Part shown: one piece after another, positions 40,156-52,389 of the stretch
How the letters are laid out: each line of letters opens with the position of its first letter
Position numbering within the stretch: the first letter of the stretch is position 1
Assembly: GCF_009914755.1 (NCBI RefSeq)
Contig: NC_060936.1
DNA: 64,000 bases
Strand: one strand, 5' to 3'
Source of the DNA: the human T2T-CHM13v2.0 reference genome, Homo sapiens
Translations under genes and position numbers: made by a program
The notes under the pieces: generated by a model
The model's database searches: none
What the model saw: only the letters and a program-made list of their open reading frames with translations
What the model was told of the DNA's origin: nothing

Positions 40156-41104
40156 AATAGGAACAGCTGCAGTCTGCAGCTCCCAGCGAGACCAAGACAG
40201 AAGGCGGGTGATTTCTGCCTTTCCAACTGAGGTACCCGGCTCATCTCATTGGGACTGGTTAGACAGTGGGTACAGCCCACGGAAGGCAAGCCAAAGCAGG
40301 GTGGGGTGTTGCCTCACCTGAGAAGTGCAAGGGGTTGAGGAACTCTCTCCCCTAGCCAAATGAAGCCGTGAAAGACTACGACATGAGGAAAGGTGCACTC
40401 CAGCCCAGATACTATGCTTTTCCCACAGTCTCTGCAATTCACAGACAAGGAGATTCCCTTGGGTGCCTACACCACCAGGGCCCTGGGTTTCCAGCAAAAA
40501 ACTGGGCAGCTGTTTGGACAGACACCGAGCTAGCTGCAGGAGGTTTTTTTTTTTTTTCATACCCCAGTGGCACCTGAAACACCAGTGAAACAGAACCGTT
40601 CATTCCCCTAAAAAGGGGGCTGAAGCCAGGTAGCCAAGTGGTCTTGCTCAGCGGATTCCACCCCCATGGAGCCCAGCAAGCTAAGATCCACTGGCTTGAA
40701 ATTCTCACTGCCAGCACAGCAGTCTGAAGTTGACCTGGGATGCTAGAGGTTGGTGGGCGGAGGGGCATCTGCCATTACTGAGGCTTGAGTAGATAGCTTT
40801 CCCCTCACGGTGTGAATAAGCCACCGGGAAGTTCAAACTGGGTGTGGAACCCACCACAGTGTGGCAAAGCTGCTGGAGCCAGACTGCCTCTCTAGATTCC
40901 TCCTCACTAGGCAGGGCATCTGAAAGAAAGGCAGTAGCCCCAGTCAGGGGCTTATAGATAAGACTCCCATCTCCCTGGGACAGAGCACCTGGGGGAAGGG
41001 GCAGCTGTGGGTGCAGCTTCAACATCAACAAAAAAGACCCCCGTGCAAAAACCCCATCCAAAGGTCAACAACATCAAAGACCAAAGGTAGATAAATCCAC
41101 GAAG

Positions 41105-42123
41105 ATAAGGAAAAGCCAGCACAAAAAGGTTGAAAATTCCAAAAACCAGAATGCCTCTTCTCCTCCAAAGGATCACAACTCCTTGCCAGCAAGGGAACAA
41201 AACCGGACTGAGAATGAGTTTGATGAATTGACAGAAGTAGGCTTCAGAAGGTGGGTAATAACAAACTCCTCTGAGCTAAAGGAGCACATTCTAACCCAAT
41301 GCAAGGAAGCTAAGAACCTTGAAAAAAGATTACAGGAATTGCTAACTAGAATAACCAGTTCAGGGAAGAACATAAATTACCTGATGGAGCTGAAAATCAC
41401 AGCACAAGAACTTAATGAAGCACACGTAAGTATCAATAGCGAAATCGATCAAGTGGAAGAAAGAATATCAGAGATTGAAGATCAACTTAATGAAAGAAAG
41501 CATGAAGACAAGATTAGAGAAAAAACAATGAAAAGGAACAAAGCCTCCAAGAAATATGGCACTATGTGAAAAGACCAAACCTACGCTTGATTGGTGTACC
41601 TGAAAATGACGGGAAGAATGGTACCAAGTTGGAAAACACTCTTCAGGATATTATCCAGGAGAACTTTCCCAACCTAGCAAGACAGGCCAACATTCAAATT
41701 CAGGAAATAAAGAGAACATCACAAAGATACTCCTCAATAAGAACAACCCCAAGACACATAATTGTCAGACTGACCAAGGCTGAAATGAAGGAAAAAATGT
41801 TAAGGGCAGCCAGAGAGAAAGGTCGGGTTACCCACAAAGGGAAGACCAGACTAACAGCCAATCTCTCTGCAGAAACGCTACAAGCCAAACGAGAGTGGGA
41901 GCTAATAGTCAATATTCTTAAAGAAAAGAATTTTCAGCCCAGAATTTCATATCCAGCCAAACTAAGCTTCAAAAGTGAAGGAGAAATAAAATCCTTTATA
42001 GATAAGCAAATGCTGAGGGATTTTGTCACCACCAGGCCTGCCTTACAAAAGCTCCTGATGGAAGCACTAAATATGGAAAGGAAAAACCGGTACCAGCCAC
42101 TGCAAAAACATACCAAAATGTAA
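41105..42123 (+). pseudogene. L1 ORF1p remnant
   Basis: Start reads ATA instead of ATG; frameshift near 41535; peptides ENEFDELTEVGFRR and KRPNLRLIGVPE...RPALQKLL. Confidence 0.93.
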
Positions 42124-42186
42124 AGACCATCGACACTATGAAGAAACTGCATCAACTAATGGGCAAAATAACCAGCTAGCATCATA

Positions 42187-45100
42187 ATGACAGGATCAAG
42201 TTCACACATAACAATATTAACCTTAAATGTAAATAGGCTAAATGCCCCAATTAAAAGACAAAGAATGTCACATCAGATAAACAGTCAAGACCCATCGGTG
42301 TGCTGTATTCGGGAGACCCATCTCACATGCAGAGACTCACATAGGCTCAATAAAGGAATGGAGGGATATTTACCAAGCAAATCAAAAGCAAAAAAAGGCA
42401 GGGGTTGCAATCCTAATCTCTGATAAAACAGACTTTAAAGCAACAAAGATCAAAAAAGACAAAGAAGGGCATTACATAATGGTAAAGGGATCAATGCAAC
42501 AAGAGCTAACTATCCTAAATATATATGCACCTAATACAGGAGTGCCCAGATTCATAAAGCAAGTTCTTAGAGACCTACAAAGAGTCTTAAACTCCCACAC
42601 AATAATTGTGGCAGAATTTAACACCCCACTGTCAATATTAGACAGATCAATGAGACAGAAAATTAACAAAGATATTCAGGACTTGAGCTCAGCTCTGGAT
42701 CAAGTGCACCTAATAGACATCTACAGAACTCTCCACCCCAAATCAACAGAATATACATTCTTCTCAGCACCACATATCACTTATTCTAAAATTGACCACA
42801 TAACTGGAAGCAAAACACTCCTCAGCAAATGCAAAAGAATGGAAATCATACAAAATAGTCTCTCAGACCACAGTGCAATCAAATTAGAACTCAGGATTAA
42901 GAAACTCACGCAAAACCGCACAACTGCATGGAAACTGAACAATCTGCTCCAAATGACTACTGGTTAAATAACGAAATTAAGGCAGAAATAAATAAGTTCT
43001 TTGAGAACAAAACACAACGTACCAGAATCTCTGGGACACAGCTAAAGCAGTGTTTAGAGGGAAATTTATAGCACTAAATGCCCACAAGAGAAAGTGAGAA
43101 AGATCTAAAATCGACACCCTAACATCACAATTAAAAGAACTAGAGAAGCAAAAGCAAACAAATTCAAAAGCTAGCAGAAGACAAGAAATAACTAAGATCA
43201 GAGCAGAACTGAAAGCTATAGACACAAAAAAGCCCTTTGAAAAATCAATGAATCCAGGAGGTGGTTTTTTGAAAAGATTGACAAAATAGACAGACCGCTA
43301 GCCAGACTAATAAAGAAGAAAAGAGAGAAGAATCAAATAGACACAATAAAAAATGATAAAGGGGATATCACCACTGATCCCACAGAAATACAAACTGCCA
43401 TCAGAGAATACTATAAACATCTCTATGTACATAAACTAGAAAATCTAGAAGAAATGGATAAATTCCTGGACACATACACTCTTCTAAGACTAAACCAGGA
43501 AGAAGTCGAATCCCTGAATAGGCCAATAACAAGTTCTGAAATTGAGGCAGTAATTAAAAGCCTACCATCCAAAAAAAAGCCCAGGTCCAGATGGATTCGC
43601 AGCCGAATTTAACAGAGGTACAAAGAGGAGTTGGTACCATTTCCTTCTGAAGCTATTCCAAAAAATAGAAAAAGAGGGACTCCTCCCTAACTCATTTTAT
43701 GAGACCAGCATCATCCTGATACCAAAACCTGGCATAGACACAACAAAAAAAAAGAAAAAGAAAATTTCAGGCTAATGTCCCTGATGAACATCAACGGAAA
43801 AATCCTCAATAAAATACTGGCAAACGGAATCCAGCAGCACATTAAAAAGCTTATCCACCACGATCAAGTCAGCTTCATCCCTGGGATGCAAGGCTGGTTC
43901 GAATATGCAGATCAATAAACATAATCTATCACATAAACAGAACCAATGACAAAAACCACATGATTATCTCAATAGATGCAGAAAAGGCCTTCAACAAAAT
44001 CCAACAGCCCTTCATGCTAAAAACTCTCAATAAACTAGGTATTGATGGAACATATCCCAAAATCATAAGAGTTATTTATGACAGACCCACAGCCAATATC
44101 ATACTGAATGGGAAAAAACTGGAAGCATTCCCTTTGAAAACCAACACAAGACAAGGAGGCCCTCTCTCACCACTCCTATTCAACATAGTATTGGAAGATC
44201 TGGCCAGGGCAATCAGGCAAGAGAAAGAAATAAAGCGCATTCAAATAGGAAGAGAGGAAGTCAAATTGTCTCTGTTTGCAGATGACATGATTGTATATTT
44301 AGAAAACCCCATCATCTCAGCCCAAAAACTCCTGAAGCTGATAAGCAACTTCAGCAAAGTCTCAGGATACAAAATCAATGTGCAAAAATCACAAACATAC
44401 CTATACACCAATAATAAACAAATGGAGAGTCAAATCATGAGTGAACTCCCATTCACAATTGCTACAAAGAGAACAAAATACCTAGGAATACAACTTACAA
44501 GGAATGTGAAGGACCTCTGCAAGGAGAACTACAAATCACTTCTCAAAAAAATAAGAGAGTACACAAAACAAACATTCCATGCTCATGGATAGAAAGAATC
44601 AATATCATGAAAATGGCTATACTGCCCAAAGTAATTTATAGATTCAGTGCTATTCCCATCCAGCTACCCTTGACTTTCTTCACAGAATCAGGAAAAAACT
44701 ACTTTAAATTTCATATGGAATGAAAAAAAGAGCTCGTATGGCCAAGACAATCCTAAGCAAATAGAACAAAGCTGGAGGCATCATGCTACCTGACTTCAAA
44801 CTATACTACAAGGCTACAGTAACCAAAACAGCATGGTACTGGTACCAAAACAGATACACAGACCAATGGAACAGAACAGAGGCCTCAGAAATAAAGCCGC
44901 ACATCTAAAACCATCTGATCTTTGACAAACCTGACAAAAACAAGCAATGGGGAAAGGATTCCCTATTTAATAAATGGTGTTAAGAAAATTGGCTAGCCAC
45001 ATACAGAAAATGGAAACTGGGCCCCTTCCTTACACCTTATACAAAAATTAACTAAAGATGGATTAAAGAGTTAAACGTAAGACCTAAAACCATAAAAACC

Positions 45101-46003
45101 CTAGAAGAAAAACCTAGGCAATACCATTCAGGACAGAGGCATGGGCAAAGACTTCATGACTAAAACACCAAAAGCAATGGCAACAAAAGTCAAAATTGAC
45201 AAATGGGATCTAATTAAACTAAAGAGCTTCTGCACAGCAAAAGAAACTACCATCACAATGAACAGGCAATCTATAGAAAGGGAGAAAATTTTTGCAATCT
45301 ATCCATCTGACAAAGGGCTAATATCCAGAATCTACAAGGAAGTTAAACAAATTTAAGCACAGAAAAAAAAAACAACCCCATCAAAAAGTGGACAAAATAT
45401 ATGAACAGACATTTTTCAAAAGAAGACATTTATGCGGCCAACAAACATATGAAAAAAAGCTCATCATCACTGGTCATTAGAGAAATGCAAATCAAAACCA
45501 CTATGAGATACCATCTCACACCAGTTAGAATGGTGATCATTAAAAAGTCAGGAAACAACAGATGCTGGAGAGGATGTGGAGAAATAGGAATGCTTTTACA
45601 CTGTTGGTGGGAGTGTAAATTAGTTCAACCATTGTGGAAGGCAGTGTGGCGATTCCTCAAGGATCTAGAACCAGAAATACCATTTGACTCAGCAATCCCA
45701 TTACTGGATATATACCCAAAGTAATATAAATCATTCTACTATAAAGACACATGCACATGTATGTTTATTGCAGCACTATTCACAATAGTAAAGATTTGGA
45801 ACCAACCCAAATGCCCATCAATAATAGACTGGATAAAGAAAATGTGGCACATATACACCATAGAATACTATGCAGCCATAAAAAAGAATGAGTTCATGTC
45901 CTTTGCAGGGACATATATGAAGCTGGAAACCATCATTCTCAGCAAACTAACACAGGTACAGAAAACCAAGCACTGCATGTTCTCACTCATAAGTGGGAGT
46001 TGA
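42187..46003 (+). pseudogene. L1 ORF2p remnant (endonuclease, reverse transcriptase), many stops and frameshifts
   Basis: [62 protein letters not shown]. Confidence 0.95.
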
Positions 46004-46231
46004 ACAATGAGAACATATGGGCACAAGGAGGGGAACATCACACACTGGGGCCTGTTGGGGGGTGGGAGGAAAGGGGAAGGAAAGCATTAGGAGAAATGCC
46101 TAATGTAAATGACAGGTTGATGGGTGCAGCAAACCACCATAGCACATATATACCTATGTAACAAACCTGCGCATTCTGCACATGTATCCCAGAACATAAA
46201 GTATGATAATAATTTAAAAATGGGCAAAGGA

Positions 46232-46636
46232 AGACCACCCACAGGAGAACCTCCCTGGATTCCACTTCTGCAAAGCAAGTGGATGGAGCGGGACATGCAG
46301 AGCATCCAGCACACCAGCCTGAGAGGCCAAGAGGCCAAGAGGGTGGGCTTCTCGCCCTGTCCATCCATGTCCCCACATCAGGAGGCTCTGTGTCCATGCC
46401 CACCACGGCCCTCTCCTCTTTTATCCTCTCTTTTTCTCCATAACACTTGTCACCATTTAATATATTACAAGCTTTATGTATATTTAGGTTAGTATCCTTC
46501 TGCATATACTAAAAGGCAGGCACCATGAGAGCAGGAACTTTGTCTCATTCAGTCCTAAATCTCCAGCACCTGGAAAGGTATCTGCACTTGGTCTGCTCTC
46601 AATAAATGTGTGTGGCTTAAAGAAATGAAAAAAAAA
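46232..46636 (+). other. Polyadenylated orphan insert (non-L1 sequence ending in an L2 3' fragment), probable retrocopy
   Basis: AATAAA 46601-46606, A9 46628-46636, flanked by AAAATGGGCAAAGGA / AAAATAGGCCAAGGA, interrupts a colinear L1MA. Confidence 0.75.
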
Positions 46637-47600
46637 TAGGCCAAGGACCTTAATAGATATTTCTCAAAAGAAGATATACAGATGGCCAAGAAGTATATTA
46701 AAAAGTATATAAAAAATGCTCATCATCTCTAATTATGTAAATTTAAACCACTGTGAGATATCACCTGACACCTGGTAGAATGGCTGTTATCAAAAAGATG
46801 AGAGATAAGTGTTGGCAAGGTTGTGGAGAAAAGAGAACTCTTACACACTGTTGGTGAGAGTGTAAATTAATACAGCCATTAAATATAGCCACTTGAGGAA
46901 AACAGTGTGACAATGTTGCAAGAAGTTAAATATCTACCATATCATCCAGCAATCCTACTACCAAGTATAGAGTCACAAGAAATGAAACCACTATGTTGAA
47001 GGAAGATTCTGTGCTCCCACATTCATTGCAGCATTATTCACAATGGCCAGAACATGGAATCAAACTGTCCATTGATGGGTGAAAAGATAAAGAAAATGTG
47101 GTATATATATACAGTGGAATAATATGCAGCTTTAAAAATAAGGAAGTCCTGTCATTTGCAACAAAATGGATGAACTTGGAGGATATTATGCTAAGTGAAA
47201 TAAGCTGTGCACAGAAAGACACAGCTGTCACTTATATGTAGAATCTAAAAAAAAGTCAAACTCCTAGAAGGAGAGAATAAAATGGTGATTACAAGGCTCC
47301 TGGGGAGTGGGGTACTGGAGAGATGTTGGTCAACGGATACAAAATTTCAGTTAGGCGAGAGAAGTAAGTTCAAGAGATTATTGTACAATGCAGTCACTAT
47401 AGTTAATAGCAACGTACTATATATTTGAAAGTGCTAAGAGAATAGATTTTAGGTGTTCTCACTAGACACAAAAAAAATGGTATGTGAGGTAATGCATATG
47501 TTACTTAGCTTTAGACATTCCACAATGTATACATATATCAAAACATCATGTTTTACATCATAAATACATACAATTCTTGTCAGTTAAAAATAATTATTTT

Positions 47601-47885
47601 GGCTGGGCACAGTGGCTCATGCTTGTAATCTCAGCACTTTGGGAGCTCAAGGTGGGCAGATCACTTGAGCCCAGGGAACACCAGCCTGGGAACATGGTGA
47701 AACGCCGTCTCTACAAAATACAAAAATCAGCTGGACAATGTGGAGCAAGCCTGTAGTCACAGCTACTCGGGAGACTGAGTCAAGAAGATCAGTTGAGCCT
47801 GGGAGGTTGAGCCTACAGTGAGCTGAGATCAACCCACTGCACCCCAGCCTGACTGACAGAGTGAGACCTTGTCTCAAAAAAAAAA
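47601..47885 (+). mobile_element. AluJ in the L1MA A-tail
   Basis: Alu dimer; TSD AAAA...TTATTTT. Confidence 0.94.
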
Positions 47886-49056
47886 GTGTTATTTTAATGT
47901 CCTTATCTACTTAACACGAGTTGATTTCTATTGTTTACAACCACAAATTTTATACTTAAAACATGATCTTCCTCATAAACAGAAAAATAAAATACCAATA
48001 ATGGAATATTTTGAAAAGGGGCAATTTAATTTGGTACAATACTACAGCCTTACAGAGATGACCATAGGATTCTCCCACCAATTGAATTGTCAGGTCATAA
48101 ATATTTCTCCAGGCTGAAAAATTTTTATCTTTCACCTGCCGTTAGTAGGGTCATTGTGATGACAACTCTGATCAGAAAGTCATAATCCAAGAGAAATGTT
48201 GCAAAATTCATCAAATCTGCAAATATGTACAAATTCCTATTAGCCTGGTCACCAGCTGACTAGCCAGATCCAGCCAAATGATGTTCTATGAGCCCTAGGA
48301 CCCAGGGATGGGACAGCCCTCCCGCCACTACTGTGCCTTCCAGCCATCCAGCTCAGTGTAGAAGTGGTTGCCCTATCATTTCTGGTCTATGCCAAAATGT
48401 TGCTGCAGTGAAATTTAAAAAAAAAAAAAAAGTGATATAAAGCTGACTTTATTCTGTTTAAAGAATTGGCCTTTCTTAAAATAATCATGTCTTACACTAA
48501 CTTTTAACTTCAGAAATGTTCTAATTCTGTATGAAACAATGATGAATGAAGATGATAATTTGAACAAAATTTTAATATCATTACTTGGCAAAGTACAAAG
48601 TTGGAAACCATAGGTTTGTGTTTTTTATTAGTTCAAGAAATCCAGAAGACTTGGAACCATTGATTCAGGGAGCACTCCACCACTCTGGCTGCTCCATTTT
48701 CTGCCATTATTCAAACACCACTGATTTCCCCGGTGACCAGCACACTCAAGGAGGGAAAGTTTTATTAAATAGAGTCACTTTATTAGAATAAGGCAAAGAT
48801 GACAATTAGAGGCACTGGCCGCAGAGAATCAGAGATCTCAAAAGGAGTGGGGAAGGGGTTAACAATGAACAGAAATGGACTCTAGTTCTTCTTCAGAGTA
48901 ATCACTGTAGAGCACAGTCAGTCTCTGCCCAGTAGCATACTCTATAATTGGGATTCTTTTTTTAAAAAAAAAACACATATCTTCATTTCCAACAATTTTT
49001 AAAAATTTCTCTTCACTGGCAGACACACCCAAGGAAGAAGCATCCAGTTCAGGTTC

Positions 49057-49412
49057 TCTATTAGTCTGTTTTCACATTGCTATAAAGAATACTACCTAAG
49101 ACTGGGTAATTTATAAAGGAAAGAGGTTTAATTGACTTACAGTTCCGCATTGCTGGGGAAGCCTCAGGAAACTTACAATCACGGCAGAAGGGGAAGCAGG
49201 CACTTTCTTCACAAGGCAGCAGCAGAAAGTGAGTAAATGAAGGAGAAACTGCCAAACAGTTTTAAAACCATCAGCCCTCATGAGAACTCCCTCACTATCA
49301 CGAGAACAGCATGGGGGAACCGCCCCATGATCCAATCACCTCCCACCCTCAACAAGTGCTAATTACAATTCAAGATGAGATTTGGGTGGGGACACAGAGT
49401 CAAACCATACCA
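49057..49412 (-). mobile_element. THE1C/D MaLR solo LTR
   Basis: AGACTGGGTAATTTATAAAGGAAAGAGGTTTAATTGAC ... GAGATTTGGGTGGGGACACAG. Confidence 0.92.
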
Positions 49413-51139
49413 TATTCCTCTTAGCTCTACCTCCAGTGCACCTAAGTGGCTACATGTGATGGAACTAAGCTCATCTCATCAAGACTTCCTTCCTGCAGAT
49501 GCTAACCAGGTCCTGCTGCCTTCTTATCATCCCAACAAATGCCTACTGCCTTCAAAATGTTTAAGGCATTGTTCTTGTCCTCATGAATACAAGTACATAT
49601 GTAAAAATTTTCCTTTGCCTGATTTTTTCACATATTCACTCAACATTAATTGAGCACCTACTATATGTCAGGCACTGTGGTAAAGGAAGCATGAAAGATG
49701 CAAAGACTCTGCCCACCAGGGCTAAGACACTTTAAAGGCTAATTTGATCTCCTTTAGCTGGTCTACTTAGAATCCTACTAATGTATTGTCAGTTTTAATA
49801 ATTAAAAAATGCAAATAATTATCATTTGTCACTTCTTGAGAAAATATAAGAATCTATTCAATATACATCCTAAATACACTGGCCAAAGTTTGAAGACCCT
49901 AGAGAAAGTTGTAGAAATGGTAAGTGGAAATATTATTTAAACTGTCAGTCTAGGGACATCGCCTTTTTCCAACTTCAAATAGTAATCATGGGAGAAGTCT
50001 GAAGAGAGAGTTGGCAAAGGTGCAGAACTTGTGGAAGTGAAAGTATGGTTGGATCATTAGGATTTGCGACTGTCATCAGAGGAGCAGAAAAGAGAGGGAG
50101 GAGCAATGATCAGAGAGAGGAATGGAAACACGAAGGATGTTTGCTCTTCTGTAAACCCTACATTTGAACCATGGAGAGAAAGGAGACATACTCTGTCATG
50201 CCCCAGAGGATGGAATTAGAACAAACAAGAACAAACATGGCTGCTTTGTTTTAACAATTACCAAAGGAGTGCCTTCAGAAGCACTGCCTCTGAAAGCAAT
50301 GAGCCTCCTGTTACTGGAATCGTTAAGCTGAGGCTAGATGAAGCCCAGCAGTGATGTTGCCAAAGGGACTCCTCTGGGTGAGAAGGTAGACAGCATGATC
50401 TATGCTTCAGTGATAAAAACACTAGCAGGGATAAAAACACTGAAGAGTTAAACCAACTAATTTTGCACATAGAACAACCTCAGTATGGAGTTTTTCACAG
50501 TTAGGAATAAAGAGCTGGCTTTTGATATATCACCACCAGTGAATCTCTCCAAGGGCTCTGCCTAACAGAGCATTTCTATCCAAAGGGAGTGCAGGCCTGG
50601 GACTATTTATTACAACATCATCTCTTTTATGAAACAAATATTCTTCAATATTCCTTTAATCACAAGAGACCTTCTTAGCATGAACACTTCAGTTATGAGC
50701 ATGTTCACCACAGCCAGCCAGAGGCCTGAGCAAGAAATTTAATTTTGCTCACCAGTTGCTCTATTCATTATTCCCCCCTTCATGTCATTTAAGCTCCTTA
50801 CCAAATTAGAAGACATTCTGTAACAGGGTTAGTTTCTACATGGCTGCATCTGACAGTTACAATGAATAAAAACAAGGTTTTTCAAAGGCCTACTATGTCC
50901 CAAGGAGCTCAGCAGGGCCTCAGGGAAAATTAAATAAAGGGTAAAGCCAACGTACATTCCCCGGGTTGTAGAATGAGGCATGATGTGCCATTAGGTAAAA
51001 GGTACATAAAAAGGATCAAGCAAAACTTTCAGTGCATTAGCCTGTCCGTTACTCTGTGTAGCTTCTCATTTTACAAATGGCACTCACTCTATCGTCTTAT
51101 AAAATTCTCAGAACAAACCTATGGGTTGTCAAGGCAGGG

Positions 51140-51476
51140 TTTTTTGTTTGTTTGTTTGTTTGTTTTTGTTGTTGTTTTGTTTTGTTTTGTTTGAGATGGA
51201 ATTTCACTCTTATCGCCCGGGCAGAAGTGCAGTGGTGCGATCTCAGCTCACTGCAACTTCCGCCTCCAGGTTCAAGCGATTCTCCCTGCCTCAGCCTCCC
51301 GAGTAGCTGGGATTACAGGTGCGCACCATCACGCCTGGCTGATTTTTTGTATTTTTAGTAGATACAGGGTTTCACCATGTTGGGCAGGCTGGTCTCGAAC
51401 TCCTGACCTCAGGTGATCCACCCACCTCGGCCTCCCAAAGTGCTAGGATTACAGGCATGAGCCACCGCACCCGGCC
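51140..51476 (-). mobile_element. AluS (Sq-like) inserted in an antisense MIR
   Basis: (TTTG)n tail; TSD AAGGCAGG; MIR-like sequence on both sides. Confidence 0.95.
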
Positions 51477-51939
51477 AAGGCAGGTATTATTATCTCCATT
51501 CTGAGTAAGACACTCAGAGGCTAGTGAACCTAAGATCACAGAACTAATAACACTTCAAACCCAGTTTATGGGTTTTCCTATTAATCTTAAGTAATGAGCC
51601 AGATTTGCATTTCTTTAAACACCAGAATTTATGCATCTGAATGATCATTAAATCTCCTTCCCAGTGGTCACAGGTTGATACTTTGTTCATTTAATACACA
51701 CAGTTGTGGTACATATACCACTGCCCCAATGACAACTATGTGTGGTGAATGAGCAAACTTGCATTCGTGGAAGCCAGTCACTTCCAAATCCACAGGATGG
51801 TCTTTGAATTTTTTCAGTGGTTGCAAGCTTTTGTCCTCAATAGTGGAGATCTCTATTTGCAGCTGGGCAATTTTTCTGTTCCATTTGCTTTAAGTTGCAG
51901 ATTTGTTCATTCAAGCAAAATATGATTAAGCACTTTTTA

Positions 51940-52306
51940 TCTTAGGTGATGTCAGCTGGGCTCTCTGTCCTACGCACAGCCACGCATCAGCCTCCAGGTC
52001 AGTGGGAAACTGCCTCTCTCACATCACTGGGACCTCAGCCGAGACAGCTCATCTCTGCTCCATGGGGTCTCTCATCATCCAGGAGGCTTGCCTGGGCTTC
52101 TTCAAATGGCAGTCTCAGAATCCAAAGAGCAGCAAGAGAGGATAAGCCCTAAAGCATAAACACTGCAAATCTCTAATTGTATTGTTGTTTTCCAAGCAGC
52201 CAAAGCAAGTCAAGCCCAAGCCCAGAATCAGTTCAGAGGGCAACCAGCCAAGCAGACAGACCCGGGGACATGTGGACAAACTGGCATCCACAAGTGCAAA
52301 AATCAG
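51940..52306 (-). mobile_element. MLT1H-like LTR within an antisense L2 fragment
   Basis: CTCTGCTCCATGGGGTCTCTCATCATCCAGGAGGCT, GCCAAAGCAAGTCA...GCCCAGAATCA. Confidence 0.65.
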
Positions 52307-52389
52307 TTATCCTGGGGATTCAAGGATGAACACACTGACAATGTCCCTGCCCTCATGAAGCTTGTTTCTTCATATCCTCCATCAGCCCG

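Larger units (their letters stand above)
40133..46216 (+). mobile_element. Near full-length inactive LINE-1, L1PA7/8-type
   Basis: 5' UTR CAAGATGGCCGAATAGGAACAGC, ORF1, ORF2, 3' UTR; TSD AAAATG(A/G)GCAAAG. Confidence 0.97.

Noticed and set aside
43960-44592. 210-aa reverse-transcriptase ORF as an active gene
   Set aside because: Fragment of a multiply disrupted L1 ORF2; ORF1 start is also lost
46232-46636. Reading the orphan insert as a simple 3' transduction of the adjacent full-length L1
   Set aside because: A full copy of the local target site lies between the L1 tail and the insert, which a single event would not produce except by coincidence; disfavoured, not excluded
50412-50441. GATAAAAACACT repeated twice
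   Set aside because: Ordinary short local duplication with no further support
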